Source of the DNA: Patescibacteria group bacterium
GTDB taxonomy: Bacteria; Patescibacteriota; Minisyncoccia; Portnoybacterales; UBA2143
Direction: 5' to 3'
DNA: 64,000 nucleotides
Assembly (NCBI GenBank): GCA_018830295.1
Contig: JAHJSM010000001.1
Coordinates: 129,980 to 193,979 of the forward strand
Both the position numbers and the translations under genes were made by a program. Positions 19,555 to 30,242 of this stretch are shown here, piece by piece (within the stretch, counting starts at the first letter, position 1; each line of letters opens with the position of its first letter). Below the pieces are notes generated by a model. The model saw only the letters and a program-made list of their open reading frames with translations, made no database searches and was not told the DNA's origin.

Positions 19555-21819
19555 CTATTTTTTATACTTCCCCGCCAAAACATCTTGGATAAACAAATCC
19601 GCTTGTTTAGCGTGATCCTCGCCAAATTTTTTTGTCTTCTCCGCTGCTTCAATTGCTTTATCGTTTTCTCCTAAATACGCGTAAGACAAAGCAATATTTA
19701 TTAAATAATTTGGATTATCGGGGTATATTTTCAATAATTCGTTGTAAAAAATGGCTGTCCATTTATAATCGCCCGAGTGGATGGCAGAATTAGCCATTCT
19801 TTCCAATGGTTCTTTTTGGCGATAAGCCAAACTATACTCATCCATTTTATCCAAATATGGCTGAACCTGCCCGCTTTCGCCCGTCACAAACAAAACCATA
19901 ATCATATTAATGTATGATTCAACTACTTGGTCATTGAGATTAATCGCTTTTTGCATGTTGGCTCTTGATCGCGCGAAATATTCTTTCGCTTTTTCTTCTT
20001 CGCCCAAAGAATGATAGTATTTCCCCAAATAAATTTGGCTATATCCCATTTCGTAATATATTTGCGGCCTGGTCGGGCTTAATTCCGCCGATTTTCCAAG
20101 TAAAGTTAACGCCTTATCCAACCGTCCAACATTAAACTGATATGTCTTATTAAGAAACCTAGCGAACATCAAATAATTGCGCGCGCTTATCTTCTCTTCC
20201 ACTTGTTTGTCAAATTCTTGCTCCGTTCTAAAGGCAGCTTGCTTGATCCAATCATCGTCCAAACCGCTTGAATTTCCAACCATCCCCGCGACAAACTCGC
20301 CTAATTGCTGCTGATATTCCTGATTGTTAGGCGTTCCCATTTCAATCACTTCAATAAATTTATTATACGCCTCCTGCGGTTTCTGCGCTCTCGCGTAGAT
20401 CATCGCGTCAATCAGTCCCTTGTTAGCGGAAGCAGGTTTAATGTTGGCGCTAAACAAAACAGGCAAAAAAGCGATTACCCCAATAGTTAATAAAACCAAA
20501 TACGGTTTTTTTGATTGGGAAAAACTCTTGGCGTAATCAGGGCAAAATTGTGACAAAAAAGCAATCGTGATAAATAATGGAATATATGTCACCAGCGCTT
20601 CAAAAATAAAAAAGTTTTGAATAAAATACGCGATCATAATCAAACTGAAAATAAGAGGAACTATAAACCTATCCGAAATTTTGCTTTGATAAAAATATCT
20701 CCAAACATAAATCAGAGGGATAAACAACAAACTTAAGTATAAAATCAAACCAATTAACCCGCCTGTAACCAGTCTGTCAGCGATGATATTATGACCGCGG
20801 TCAAACCAAACCACCGAACCCGCCTTGCGATAAATCTTAGGATTAAAATACTTATCAAAAACCTGATAAAAATTTTCGTATCCATAACCCAAAAATGGCT
20901 TTTCTTTAAACCCCCAATAGGCCGCTTGCCATGTCATTAAACGGTTTTCAGCCGTGGTATCAGTAAAAGAAATACTGGTCGCCCTCCTTAAAACATCGCT
21001 ATTAACCACCCAATCGGCTTTTTTAAATAAAAAAGCGCAACTAGTAAAAATTATCCCCAAAAGCAATATTAAAATAGCGCTGTTTCTAATAAGAATGTTT
21101 TTTCTAAAACGGACGAAAGCCAAATAAACAGTAAAGGCAAAAAGAGAAAGCCCTAAAGCCATAATGCCCCCGCGAGTCAAAGTATTCAAAACAATAAATA
21201 TCTGTAAAAGAATTCCTAAAACATAATACGAACGGAGACAAATGTTTTTTCTTAAAAAAAACAAAATCAAGCCAAAAAATATATTAAAATTTAAATACCC
21301 CGCCACATATCCAGCATTGCCAAGCGTTGAAGCCAGCCGCGCGCCGCCCGCCGATCCCATTATCCAACTAACATCTAAATATTGACCCAAAGCAAACAAA
21401 CTAACCAAAATGCCGCTTAAAAATGACGCCTCAAAAATTATCAGCCAATCTTTTGTTTTTCGGAAAAAACCGCTTAAAACTAAAAGAAATAGAAAAAGGT
21501 GCAAAAGCAAAACTAATCCCTCGCTTCTTTCATTATTGCTCCAAAAACTCAAATAAAAATTACTTCCTAAAAAAGAAGAAGCAAAAACAGTCGCGATATA
21601 CAGAGAAAATAGAATTAAAGCCAAATTTAGTTTGGGCCGATATTCTTTCTTCAAAACAGCCAATCCTAAAAAGGCCAAAAAAATCATTTCAACAATAACC
21701 TTAAAAGCCAATGTTTTTGGAACAATATATGGAAAAAAATAATTGCTTTTAACAATTAAAGGAATAAAGCAAATTCCAACCAACCCCGCCCAGATAATAT
21801 ATTTTAAAAATTTTTCCAT
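19555..21819 (-). CDS. O-antigen ligase/polymerase-like (Wzy_C) polytopic membrane protein with C-terminal TPR repeats
   Basis: At least 10 hydrophobic helices in the N-terminal 450 aa. The C-terminus has TPR-like repeats (AINLNDQ...YAYLGENDKAIE). Confidence 0.55.
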   Translation of the reverse strand: MEKFLKYIIWAGLVGICFIPLIVKSNYFFPYIVPKTLAFKVIVEMIFLAFLGLAVLKKEYRPKLNLALILFSLYIATVFASSFLGSNFYLSFWSNNERSEGLVLLLHLFLFLLVLSGFFRKTKDWLIIFEASFLSGILVSLFALGQYLDVSWIMGSAGGARLASTLGNAGYVAGYLNFNIFFGLILFFLRKNICLRSYYVLGILLQIFIVLNTLTRGGIMALGLSLFAFTVYLAFVRFRKNILIRNSAILILLLGIIFTSCAFLFKKADWVVNSDVLRRATSISFTDTTAENRLMTWQAAYWGFKEKPFLGYGYENFYQVFDKYFNPKIYRKAGSVVWFDRGHNIIADRLVTGGLIGLILYLSLLFIPLIYVWRYFYQSKISDRFIVPLIFSLIMIAYFIQNFFIFEALVTYIPLFITIAFLSQFCPDYAKSFSQSKKPYLVLLTIGVIAFLPVLFSANIKPASANKGLIDAMIYARAQKPQEAYNKFIEVIEMGTPNNQEYQQQLGEFVAGMVGNSSGLDDDWIKQAAFRTEQEFDKQVEEKISARNYLMFARFLNKTYQFNVGRLDKALTLLGKSAELSPTRPQIYYEMGYSQIYLGKYYHSLGEEEKAKEYFARSRANMQKAINLNDQVVESYINMIMVLFVTGESGQVQPYLDKMDEYSLAYRQKEPLERMANSAIHSGDYKWTAIFYNELLKIYPDNPNYLINIALSYAYLGENDKAIEAAEKTKKFGEDHAKQADLFIQDVLAGKYKK

Positions 21820-21932
21820 AAGTAAAAAAATTATTTTCTTATTTATATATTACCAGAAAAAAATATTTTTACAATAAAAAATTAAAAAGCAAGCCCAAAA
21901 CAGACCTGCCTTTTAACTTTTTATTAGCTTTA

Positions 21933-23468
21933 TTATTGCTTAGCCGCGTAGCCGCCAGTATCTCCGCCATAGCACCATCCTGTGACGCTATTGACAGTAA
22001 TCTTATACCATCCATTCTGTTCATCAAGCAAATCATAGACCTCTCCTTCAGAAACATTAGTCAAAATTTCTCCCTCTGTGGAAGGCAAATTTCTTACTCT
22101 TAAAGTGGATACTTTAATAATAATGGTTTCTGAACTTGATACTTCTCCTTCCGTAATATCCGCGCCGGTCGCGTAAGCGTTTCTGTCGGTTTCGTTAATC
22201 TCGTAAATAGAATCTGAATCGTGCCCTCGGTTGGCAAACCGCGCCGCGGTCATATTCATCCATCGCTTTGTTCCAGTATCTCCGCTGGCGATTAGTTGAT
22301 AGACCTTAGAATCGCCAACTGCTCTAACTAAATCGGAAACAGTATACTCATTCATAACTGATTGAGCGACATCTTTAACATCATCCCATGGACTTCCATT
22401 TCCATTCTTATCAAAGTGCTCGTAACTCTCAAAAACATGAGGGCTTAAGATTAAGCGCTTGAACATTTTGCCATTTGCCAATTTAACAATATAGATGTCA
22501 AATTGAGCCATACCAGAGGCGTTTGGATTGCGGATAAGATCGCCATCAATGATAGTTGTTGGCGCCTCTTCAACTAATTCTTCTTCATCTTCTGTCCCTT
22601 CTGTTAATCCCATAACGGCAAAATAGGTAAAGTGATCCGTTTCAGCCGTTAAAGTATTAGTTTCCGCGTTAACTGTTGTTACAAGAGCAACCCATTGCGA
22701 AGTTGATTCTTTCCAATAAAATACTCTTAAGTTTGATTCATTTAATCCGCTGATTTGTTCATCAGTGTAAGTGAAAGTCAAAGTTAATGTTTGGTTAAAA
22801 TTAGTTATTGCTTGCGTGCCGGAAGTTGCTGTAAAATCATATATATACCCGCCAACAACACTTCTGCTGGATGGGGTTGGTCTTGAAGCAGTAACTGTTC
22901 CTTCAGATTCAGCTGTTATAAGGATGTTTGTGGAAACGCTCACTGCCCCGATTGGCAAACTAACAGCCGCTGTGGCATTTTGGTCAGTCGTTAAAGTGGT
23001 CTTTCCGCCGCCGCCAGCCGTCGCCGTCACCGCGCCTGTGGTTGTCGTTGGAGTGGTCGGAGTTGCTGGTACAGCAACGCCGCCTCCACCGCCACTTCCG
23101 CCAGAAGGCGGATCAGTGCTCGCGCAAACCTCACTTGAAGGAGTAACTGTCAAACTTGCTACCGGAGCTCCTGTAGCGCTTATTTCAGAATATGTATTAT
23201 TGCACGAAACAGCTAAAATATCGCCAGTAGTATTTAAGATTTTTCTATCATAAGACCTGATTGTTAGTGTTGAATTTGTTGATAAACTAAAAACAATATT
23301 ATTAGCGCCAACGACCATATCGTCAACTATTGATTCGTCTTGAATTACAAGTGTAACGCCACCAACTTCAATATTAGTATTAGCGTCAAAAATCATTTGA
23401 TCTGCCACAGCTCCAACCGTCATTGGCGCAATCAGTAAAGCTAAAATTGTTATTACAATTTTTTTCAT
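21933..23468 (-). CDS. Secreted Thr/Gly-rich protein with a conserved paralogous domain and C-terminal SH3b-like domain
   Basis: Signal peptide MKKIVITILALLIAPMTVGA. Residues about 300-440 are paralogous to the N-terminal region of the 1203-aa protein. The C-terminus GEVYDLLDEQNGWYKI...GWCYGG is SH3b-like. Confidence 0.6.
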   Translation of the reverse strand: MKKIVITILALLIAPMTVGAVADQMIFDANTNIEVGGVTLVIQDESIVDDMVVGANNIVFSLSTNSTLTIRSYDRKILNTTGDILAVSCNNTYSEISATGAPVASLTVTPSSEVCASTDPPSGGSGGGGGVAVPATPTTPTTTTGAVTATAGGGGKTTLTTDQNATAAVSLPIGAVSVSTNILITAESEGTVTASRPTPSSRSVVGGYIYDFTATSGTQAITNFNQTLTLTFTYTDEQISGLNESNLRVFYWKESTSQWVALVTTVNAETNTLTAETDHFTYFAVMGLTEGTEDEEELVEEAPTTIIDGDLIRNPNASGMAQFDIYIVKLANGKMFKRLILSPHVFESYEHFDKNGNGSPWDDVKDVAQSVMNEYTVSDLVRAVGDSKVYQLIASGDTGTKRWMNMTAARFANRGHDSDSIYEINETDRNAYATGADITEGEVSSSETIIIKVSTLRVRNLPSTEGEILTNVSEGEVYDLLDEQNGWYKITVNSVTGWCYGGDTGGYAAKQ

Positions 23469-23493
23469 ATTTGTTTCTAATGATAAATAATAT

Positions 23494-24393
23494 TTATCTT
23501 ATTGCTTGCCAAAAGAATGTTCGAACACCCGTAGATGTTCCTTCAATACTGCCAGTATTATATATCCTTAAGGAAATCTCATTAGAGATCGTGGAGGAAG
23601 CGGCTTGGATAATAAAGTTTTCTGGCAAAGAACTGGTTGCGGTAACAAATATATTATCACCGGATGCTACCCCAGTCGCGGAAGCGCACTCAGCATAAGC
23701 AGTGCTTGAAGCATTAACTGTAGTAGCGGCAATATTACAAGTGCCAAACATAAATTTAGTAATCGTATTGCCGCCACCAATGTCAAAAGTTCCATCAACA
23801 TCAGCATTTCCGCCAACATGAAGCGTTCCTTGAGTATTTAGCGCCTCCGTAGTAGTGGCTAAACCACCAATCTCTACATCATCCGCGACATATAAATCAC
23901 CGCCGCTGAAATCAAAAGTACCTTCAACGCCATCCGGACCGATATACAGATAATCTGTAGTAGTGGCTGAAGTAGACGTAGCGTGGTCAAAAGTCGCTAA
24001 ACCGGTCACATTTAATGTGCTGTAAAACGAAGCCGCGCCAGTGAAAAGCGAAGTGCTGGTAGCTTGCAAGGCCCCATCTAAATAAGTAACTCCGCCAACA
24101 TTTACATCATTTGCAACAAATAAATCTCCTGCCGTAAAATTCATATTAGAATCTTCAGTAAAATCTGGACCGATATATAGATAATCTGTAGTAGTGGCTG
24201 AAGTAGAAGTAGCGTGGTCAAAAGTCGCTAATCCAGTGAAAGTTGACGCGCCAGTAACAGTTAATGTCCCGGCTGTTTCAATATTAGCGCCAATTGTAGT
24301 AGCGGCATAAACGCTTATAGTAACCAAAAAAACAGAAATAAAAACACTCAATAAACTAGATAAGAAACGATGACTTTTAATAAATTTTTCCAT
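23494..24393 (-). CDS. Secreted/anchored repeat protein (internal duplication of about 75-aa units)
   Basis: N-terminal hydrophobic anchor. GLATFDHATSTSATTTDYLYIGPD occurs twice with similar flanks. Confidence 0.5.
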   Translation of the reverse strand: MEKFIKSHRFLSSLLSVFISVFLVTISVYAATTIGANIETAGTLTVTGASTFTGLATFDHATSTSATTTDYLYIGPDFTEDSNMNFTAGDLFVANDVNVGGVTYLDGALQATSTSLFTGAASFYSTLNVTGLATFDHATSTSATTTDYLYIGPDGVEGTFDFSGGDLYVADDVEIGGLATTTEALNTQGTLHVGGNADVDGTFDIGGGNTITKFMFGTCNIAATTVNASSTAYAECASATGVASGDNIFVTATSSLPENFIIQAASSTISNEISLRIYNTGSIEGTSTGVRTFFWQAIR

Positions 24394-24693
24394 ATTTCAA
24401 TTAATTATTATTTTCTTATTGTTATTTACTATGGGTTAATAAACAACAATAAATAACATTAAATTAATAAACTATTTTTCGACCTTTTTTATATATAATA
24501 ATCAAGAACGCAAACCAACCTCCTTGTGTCTCTGTTTATTCTGATACCCATGTGAATTATAGCACAAGAACAAAAATTAAAAAAACTGCCAATTGTGGAT
24601 AAGTTGATTAAATAAACTAAACCCCCCTCGCAAGAAATCAAGGGTTTTTAGCGTCTACTAATCCAATTTAATGTTAGTAATAGCGCGATTAAT

Positions 24694-25380
24694 TTAATGT
24701 CCTTCTAATTCAATTAATTCTTGTTTTAAAACCGCGTTATCAGGTTCAATCTCTAACGCTTGTTCTAAATAATCAATTGCTTTGGGTATATTATTTTCTT
24801 GCGTAAAATAACTGGCTAAATAAGTATAAAAATCAATATTCCCGGGATATTCTTTGATTCCGCTCAATATCAATGACTCTATCTCATTTTTTTTCTCTGG
24901 AAAATCGCTTCTATACAAATCGGCTAATGAGCGATAATATTGGGAACGCCAAGGATGCAATTCAATCGCCTTTTTGTAATAATCAACGGCCTTTGATTTC
25001 TCCTCCCAAAAAGAACCGTATAATTCGCCCAAGTTAGCGTGAGCCGGAGCAAAACTTGGTTCTATCTCTATAATTTGAAGAAAAACGACTTCTGCTTTTT
25101 CATATTCTTCCAACATCATATAGATATTGCCCACTTTTAAGAGAGTATTATAATCATTTGGATTGTTTTCTAATGAAGAATTGAGCCGACTTAATTCGGC
25201 AAATAATCTATCTATCTGTTCCTGGTCGTATCCAATCGCCAAATACTTTTCAAAATCCCAAGTTTCTTCAACCGTTGGTTGGCTCTTGCTTGAAAAGAAA
25301 TAATCTTTAAACAAAAAAACTGTCGCCCCTGCCGAGCATAAAAAAAATACAATTAATAAAATAATAAATTTTTTGTTCAT
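24694..25380 (-). CDS. TPR-repeat protein with N-terminal signal peptide or anchor
   Basis: TPR-like 34-aa repeats (AEVVFLQIIEIEPSFAPAHANLGELY...). Confidence 0.55.
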   Translation of the reverse strand: MNKKFIILLIVFFLCSAGATVFLFKDYFFSSKSQPTVEETWDFEKYLAIGYDQEQIDRLFAELSRLNSSLENNPNDYNTLLKVGNIYMMLEEYEKAEVVFLQIIEIEPSFAPAHANLGELYGSFWEEKSKAVDYYKKAIELHPWRSQYYRSLADLYRSDFPEKKNEIESLILSGIKEYPGNIDFYTYLASYFTQENNIPKAIDYLEQALEIEPDNAVLKQELIELEGH

Positions 25381-25409
25381 TAGAACTAATTTTAAATGAA
25401 TTTAATCAA

Positions 25410-25445
25410 AAAGTAAAGAGCCCCGAAGGGCTCTTTACTCTCATG
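25410..25445 (-). terminator. Rho-independent terminator downstream of the 1203-aa surface protein gene
   Basis: Perfect 11-bp stem GTAAAGAGCCC / GGGCTCTTTAC with a 4-nt loop, followed on the minus strand by TTTTTGATT. Confidence 0.7.
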
Positions 25446-25465
25446 CTAACAAGAAATTAGCATTT

Positions 25466-28400
25466 TTACTCGTACAATGTCTGTGGCGAAGAGGTCGTCT
25501 GTAATCCTTCGATTAAGTAACCATTCCACCATTGAGCAACTGTAGTCGTAGCGTTTGAGTTGGCGCCATAGTGAGTGCTATTGTTAGACCAGAGATCTGA
25601 CCAAACAAAGTTGCCTTGATTGTCCTCGCTATAAGAATTTGAGTTATTCAAGACAACAGCAGCTTCGGCGGTAGTAGTAGCCGTATCTCCGCATAGATAA
25701 GTGGAAATACTTTCGCCTGTAGTGGCGTCTAATCCGGTAATTGTGCCAACCATCAATTGGAACCTAGCCGTATCGCCAGCCGGGACAACATAAGGCATAA
25801 ATGTCTGTGTAGCCGTATTCTTCCCGTGCAAGTCGTAATGGAAAGATTCAGCCCAAGTGCTGTTATCGTTAACCATTGTTCCATCGTTGCCAGCCGAAAC
25901 CGTGCTATAAGAGGTCTCTCCGCTCAACTTGGCCTGAAGATAAGCTCCATTAACATTGATGTCGCCTCCGCCGCTTGTGGCCGTCCAGAAGTTCAATTGA
26001 GATACAGCGATTGCTTCGGTCGTGTCATTCGCTATGTTGAAGTCAAACATAACTGCGCTGCTCTGTAACGCGGTCGCGCTCAAAGTGTTTAAGCTAACCT
26101 TTGGCTGCGCTAAATGAAGAGTCATCGCGCTACTCGTGCTTTGAGTATAGGTTTCTGACGCTTCGCTGCCCGAAGCCGCGCCATAGCCCTTAATGCCATC
26201 AGTTCCGCCTAATCCAACTTTGATGTCGGCTCCTGACGCGCCGGTCTGACCAGTGCCAATACCAGCTAATTTTGCCTTAACATAAATAACCAATCCTGCA
26301 GTGCTGTCCTTAGGAACTTGCAAAATACCTTTGCTGAATGACCATGTTCTGGTGGTCTGTCCAGTTGAAATGTTTCCAGAAGCAAACGCCGTGCTTTCTC
26401 CAGCTTTATAGAGATAGAACATTGTTACATCATCTGAATCGCCAGCAACTGTTCCGTTGGCTGTTCCGCCATCTTGCAAATTAAGCACTAATTGAGTTAC
26501 ATCAATATTTTCATTGCTAGCGGTTAACTTGATTCTGGCAACTTCAACGGTCTCGCCGGCCGTGACTATCTTTGACGAAGGAGTGCCTGAATCCAAATTA
26601 ATAGTCAAAGTGCCAGACGCGGCAGAAGTCATAGTCGGACCATCATCTTCTGTTAATGTTTCAGTAACTGTATTCCCGGTTGTTACGCCATAAGCAATAA
26701 TAGAAGCTCCGCCATTATCTGTTAATCCCCAATTTTCCGTAGCGTTAGAAGCAACTGATGTTTTATTACCCATCAGAGCGATATTAACGCTTGTTCCAGC
26801 GGCAATAATAATCGCGTCGCTGAAAGCGAATGTTGAGGTAGCCAACGCGCTTGCGATAGCGCTATTGATCGGCGAATATGCCACATCCGAACCGTCATCC
26901 CAAACAGCGTCTCCGTCAACATCCTTAAATATAGTTAAGGAACCCGTATTTGTAGCCGCCTGCCCTCTGCCAGCCATAAGAATTGAAGTTACTCTAATGT
27001 CTTCTCCTGAAGAAGTAGCATCAAATGTCCACGAGGACAAAACAACATTATTCTGACCAGCAATGATTGTGGCAGCCGCAGGCAAAGCGTTTCTAGTTAC
27101 TGTCAAAGAAGCCGCTTTAACTGTCTGAGTGTTTCCATTAACAGCTGAAGACGGGGTGCCTGTAATACTATTTCCCGTTACATCGCCAGTAGCTGTAAAG
27201 CCGGAAGGGGTAATACTCACATAAATAGTATCATCGCTTGCCCAACCGCCGCTTGTGGACAAATCACCTCTAACCTTATAGACAGTATCGCCAACCGGCA
27301 CGGTAAATGTGTCTGTCCATGCAACTGTTACGGCATTATTGGTAATATCGGTCGGACCCGCGACAGCATTGCCGCTTGGGTCAACTAATTCCAAACCGGA
27401 CAAAGCGTCCTTAATGTGAGTAAGCGCGCCCGAAGAGGTAATAGTCAATGTGACAGCGCTAATAGTAACTGGTTCGCCGGTTACGGTAAACTTATACGCG
27501 CCGAGATATTGGTTGTTGCCAACCGCGATATTCCCAGATGATACATCGTTGCTTTTTGTAACTTGCAATGTTCCATTGCCAATTACAAATTCATTATCAC
27601 TTAAGCGAGGATTTGTAGCGCTAGAGCCAGTGCCACTATATGTCGGAGTAATGTTGTATCCATAAGTTAAGCCCTTAACCAATAAATCAGTATTTCTGTA
27701 AATAGCTAATTTAACAGTTCTAGCAGAACCATCCGCAACAGTCGCTTTAACCTGGAACTGATTCGTCTGTCCTTTGTCAAGAGTAATTGTGCCAAAACTA
27801 AAGTTGACATATTTACTGCTCGCCACAACGCCATCAGCAATCTTTGTTCCGTCCTGCAATAACTCAAAATCAACAAGATCGCTTCCTAAACTCGCGCTTC
27901 CTTCTTGGTAAACTTTTACCTGGCTGAATTCAACTTTTTCATCCGAGCCCGCCGCAACCTGGAATGAGAAGAAAGTATAATCTTCTTTTCCTACTGGAGT
28001 GGGAGAAGCCGTTGTCGAAGAAGCGTTTCTGTAAGCGCCTTGCGAAATCGTCGCTGTGCCAATCGTAATTGTGCTGTTGATGGTCATCGTATTGCCGGTA
28101 AGAGGCAATGAAGCGTTCAATGTCGCGCTATCTTTCAATGTCAAACCAGATAAAGCCAAAGCGGGAACCTCGCCAGCGTAACTAGCCAAAGTCGCTTTCG
28201 CGGCCATGTTTCCAGCCAGAATAACTGACTTGGTTGTGCCATTGGCAATCGTGAAGTCATCGGTAAAGGTCGCTTCGTGCAAAGAGTTAAAGGTTTTGCT
28301 CGTATTATTGAGAGGTAAGTTTGTGCTTGCGTCAATAATATCTATTGAGCTAAAGCTCAAATCATTAGCCAAACTAACTCTTTGAACAACCAACGAATCA

Positions 28401-29077
28401 ACGATGACATCGCCGCCAGTCGCGGTCAAATTAACCTTGGTAAAGGCCAATCTCGCCGCTCCGCCAACCGCAATACCTGCCGCTGGAGTGTCAGCCGCTA
28501 AGGTAACTCCTAAAGTCCCTACGCTCGCAACTGCTCCGGGCGGGAAAACCGTGCTCGCGTTCGCAACATCGGCTCCTGCCGTGTATCCTGCTGTGTCGGT
28601 GCCGTTAATCGTGTAAATCGCGTCAGCGTCAAAAACCGCCAAAAACTCCGCGGCAGTCATATTGAGCCAATACTTATTACCGTCATCAGCGCCATCCGCG
28701 GCGTACAATCTGTAAACTTTGTCATTTCCATCTTCTCTGACTAAATCGGTCGTGGTGAGGGAATCCATGGTTGCTTGATCAACATCCATAACATCATCCC
28801 AGTTGTCACCATTTCCGTTTTTATCAAAGTGCATATAACTCTCAAACACATGAGGAGATAGAATTAATCTCTTGAAACTTTTATCACCAACTATCTTGAC
28901 GATATAAATGTCAAGTTGAGCCATGCCTTCAGCATTAGGATTGCGAACTAAATCGCCGTCCACAACGCTTACAGCGCCAACGCTCGCGATCGGGGCTAAC
29001 ATAGCGATTCCCGAAAGAAAACATATGGTGGTAATAGAAGTAAAAATAGAAACTGATTTCTTTAATATTTTACTCAT
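25466..29077 (-). CDS. Giant secreted surface protein (1203 aa; Thr/Ser/Ala/Gly-rich, Ig-like/beta-rich repeats; S-layer or adhesin-like)
   Basis: Signal peptide. The N-terminal conserved domain is shared with the 21933..23468 protein. The rest is a long low-complexity T/S/G-rich region. A strong terminator lies downstream. Confidence 0.6.
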   Translation of the reverse strand: MSKILKKSVSIFTSITTICFLSGIAMLAPIASVGAVSVVDGDLVRNPNAEGMAQLDIYIVKIVGDKSFKRLILSPHVFESYMHFDKNGNGDNWDDVMDVDQATMDSLTTTDLVREDGNDKVYRLYAADGADDGNKYWLNMTAAEFLAVFDADAIYTINGTDTAGYTAGADVANASTVFPPGAVASVGTLGVTLAADTPAAGIAVGGAARLAFTKVNLTATGGDVIVDSLVVQRVSLANDLSFSSIDIIDASTNLPLNNTSKTFNSLHEATFTDDFTIANGTTKSVILAGNMAAKATLASYAGEVPALALSGLTLKDSATLNASLPLTGNTMTINSTITIGTATISQGAYRNASSTTASPTPVGKEDYTFFSFQVAAGSDEKVEFSQVKVYQEGSASLGSDLVDFELLQDGTKIADGVVASSKYVNFSFGTITLDKGQTNQFQVKATVADGSARTVKLAIYRNTDLLVKGLTYGYNITPTYSGTGSSATNPRLSDNEFVIGNGTLQVTKSNDVSSGNIAVGNNQYLGAYKFTVTGEPVTISAVTLTITSSGALTHIKDALSGLELVDPSGNAVAGPTDITNNAVTVAWTDTFTVPVGDTVYKVRGDLSTSGGWASDDTIYVSITPSGFTATGDVTGNSITGTPSSAVNGNTQTVKAASLTVTRNALPAAATIIAGQNNVVLSSWTFDATSSGEDIRVTSILMAGRGQAATNTGSLTIFKDVDGDAVWDDGSDVAYSPINSAIASALATSTFAFSDAIIIAAGTSVNIALMGNKTSVASNATENWGLTDNGGASIIAYGVTTGNTVTETLTEDDGPTMTSAASGTLTINLDSGTPSSKIVTAGETVEVARIKLTASNENIDVTQLVLNLQDGGTANGTVAGDSDDVTMFYLYKAGESTAFASGNISTGQTTRTWSFSKGILQVPKDSTAGLVIYVKAKLAGIGTGQTGASGADIKVGLGGTDGIKGYGAASGSEASETYTQSTSSAMTLHLAQPKVSLNTLSATALQSSAVMFDFNIANDTTEAIAVSQLNFWTATSGGGDINVNGAYLQAKLSGETSYSTVSAGNDGTMVNDNSTWAESFHYDLHGKNTATQTFMPYVVPAGDTARFQLMVGTITGLDATTGESISTYLCGDTATTTAEAAVVLNNSNSYSEDNQGNFVWSDLWSNNSTHYGANSNATTTVAQWWNGYLIEGLQTTSSPQTLYE

Positions 29078-29272
29078 TAATCTGTTTAATTTTAATCTCT
29101 AAGATTAGCTAATTCATATGGTATTAGATAACCTTATTCGATCTTTTTTCGTTTCTCAGCCATATCGACCTGAAAACAAATTATTTTACGGCTGACTAAT
29201 TTATAACTCATACAAGTCCGACTGTCAAGGATTTCGACCCCTCAACAACCAAACCCCAAATTTTTAAATGTA

Positions 29273-29331
29273 GGGGGCTGCCCCCCGCAACGGGGGCAGC
29301 CCCCATCTTTACTGTTTGGGGGGCAGCCCCC
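29273..29331. repeat. REP-like GC-rich palindromic repeat cluster (family A: GGGGGCWGCCCCC units)
   Basis: gggggctgccccccgcaacgggggcagccccc plus an extra gggggcagccccc unit, in the 3'UTR of the anti-sigma gene. Confidence 0.8.
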
Positions 29332-29338
29332 ATCTTAA

Positions 29339-30088
29339 CTACTCACAAACATTAATCACCTCTTCCGTCGTTGTCGTTCCTCCCGTCTCCAATTCTCTCA
29401 AAAAGGTAAGTATCTCATAACCCGGCGTTGTCGTCCCCATTCCCTCTTCTCCATCAACCAACAAAACAGCCAAAATCTGCTGCCCAATATCCTTAATCGT
29501 CTCATCCGCTTCCACTAATTCATTCTTAATATCAGAAGACGCGTTTTCCTTAACTTTATCCAAATCCTCCTTAATCTGCTTCGTTCTGATTACAACCGCG
29601 ACCGCTTCTTCTTTTGAAATTTTATCAATATCTTGGCTGAAATTAGCCAAATTTCCTTTGAAATCAACAACTACCTTTCTCGCTTTTGCGTCCGATTCGC
29701 CTGAAACAAGGGAATTTTTCGTTATTTTCGTCAATTCTTCCAACCGACGGCAAGCGAAATCCGCCTGCAATTGGCTCTTTTCTCCACCTAATAAAGCCGC
29801 GCTTTGAACGCTTTCACCCGCTCTTTTAACGGAATAAAGCAATTCCCCAGGCAAACTCATTTGCGCCGCCTTTAAGGTCATCCAAGGTCCTCCAATAAAA
29901 ATCAAAGCCAGACAAGCCGCCAAAGCCATTGACTGCGTTTGTCTAATCCATTCAAAAAAGCCAACTGGCTCATCAAAGCCAATCTTCGCCATCAAATCCC
30001 GTCGCGCCAAATCAACCCATTCTCCCGATGGCTCAACTTTCCGCAATCCCTTGATTTTTTTAATTAAATCTCTATCTCTTGTCTCCAT
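29339..30088 (-). CDS. Putative membrane-anchored anti-sigma factor
   Basis: Immediately downstream of the ECF sigma gene. Short cytoplasmic N-terminus, single TM (MALAACLALIFIGGPWMTL), then an extracytoplasmic domain. Confidence 0.45.
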   Translation of the reverse strand: METRDRDLIKKIKGLRKVEPSGEWVDLARRDLMAKIGFDEPVGFFEWIRQTQSMALAACLALIFIGGPWMTLKAAQMSLPGELLYSVKRAGESVQSAALLGGEKSQLQADFACRRLEELTKITKNSLVSGESDAKARKVVVDFKGNLANFSQDIDKISKEEAVAVVIRTKQIKEDLDKVKENASSDIKNELVEADETIKDIGQQILAVLLVDGEEGMGTTTPGYEILTFLRELETGGTTTTEEVINVCE

Positions 30089-30141
30089 ACTAAGTATGAC
30101 GAACCCCCGCTCATTTTGTTACACAGTAAGGGGGGAAAGAT

Positions 30142-30242
30142 GGGGGCTGCCCCCGTTGCGGGGGCAGCCCCCATCGGGGAAATCGGGGGCAGCCCCCATC
30201 TTCTAGGCATCGGGGGCTGCTCCCGCAACGGGGGCAGCCCCC
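30142..30242. repeat. REP-like repeat cluster (family A, 3 units), overlapping the 3' end of the sigma factor CDS
   Basis: Units at 30142-30172 (full hairpin), 30185-30197 (half) and 30212-30242 (full hairpin, one mismatch). Each is followed by ATC(T/G). Confidence 0.8.

Noticed and set aside
22771-23253. Plus-strand 160-aa ORF (Val/Pro/Gly-rich)
   Set aside because: It is antisense to the Gly/Thr-rich region of the 511-aa secreted protein. The compositional mirror image explains the open frame.
24620-24655. aaacccccctcgcaagaaatcaagggttttt hairpin-like sequence
   Set aside because: Only a 3-bp GC clamp with poor internal pairing. It is not a convincing terminator or REP.
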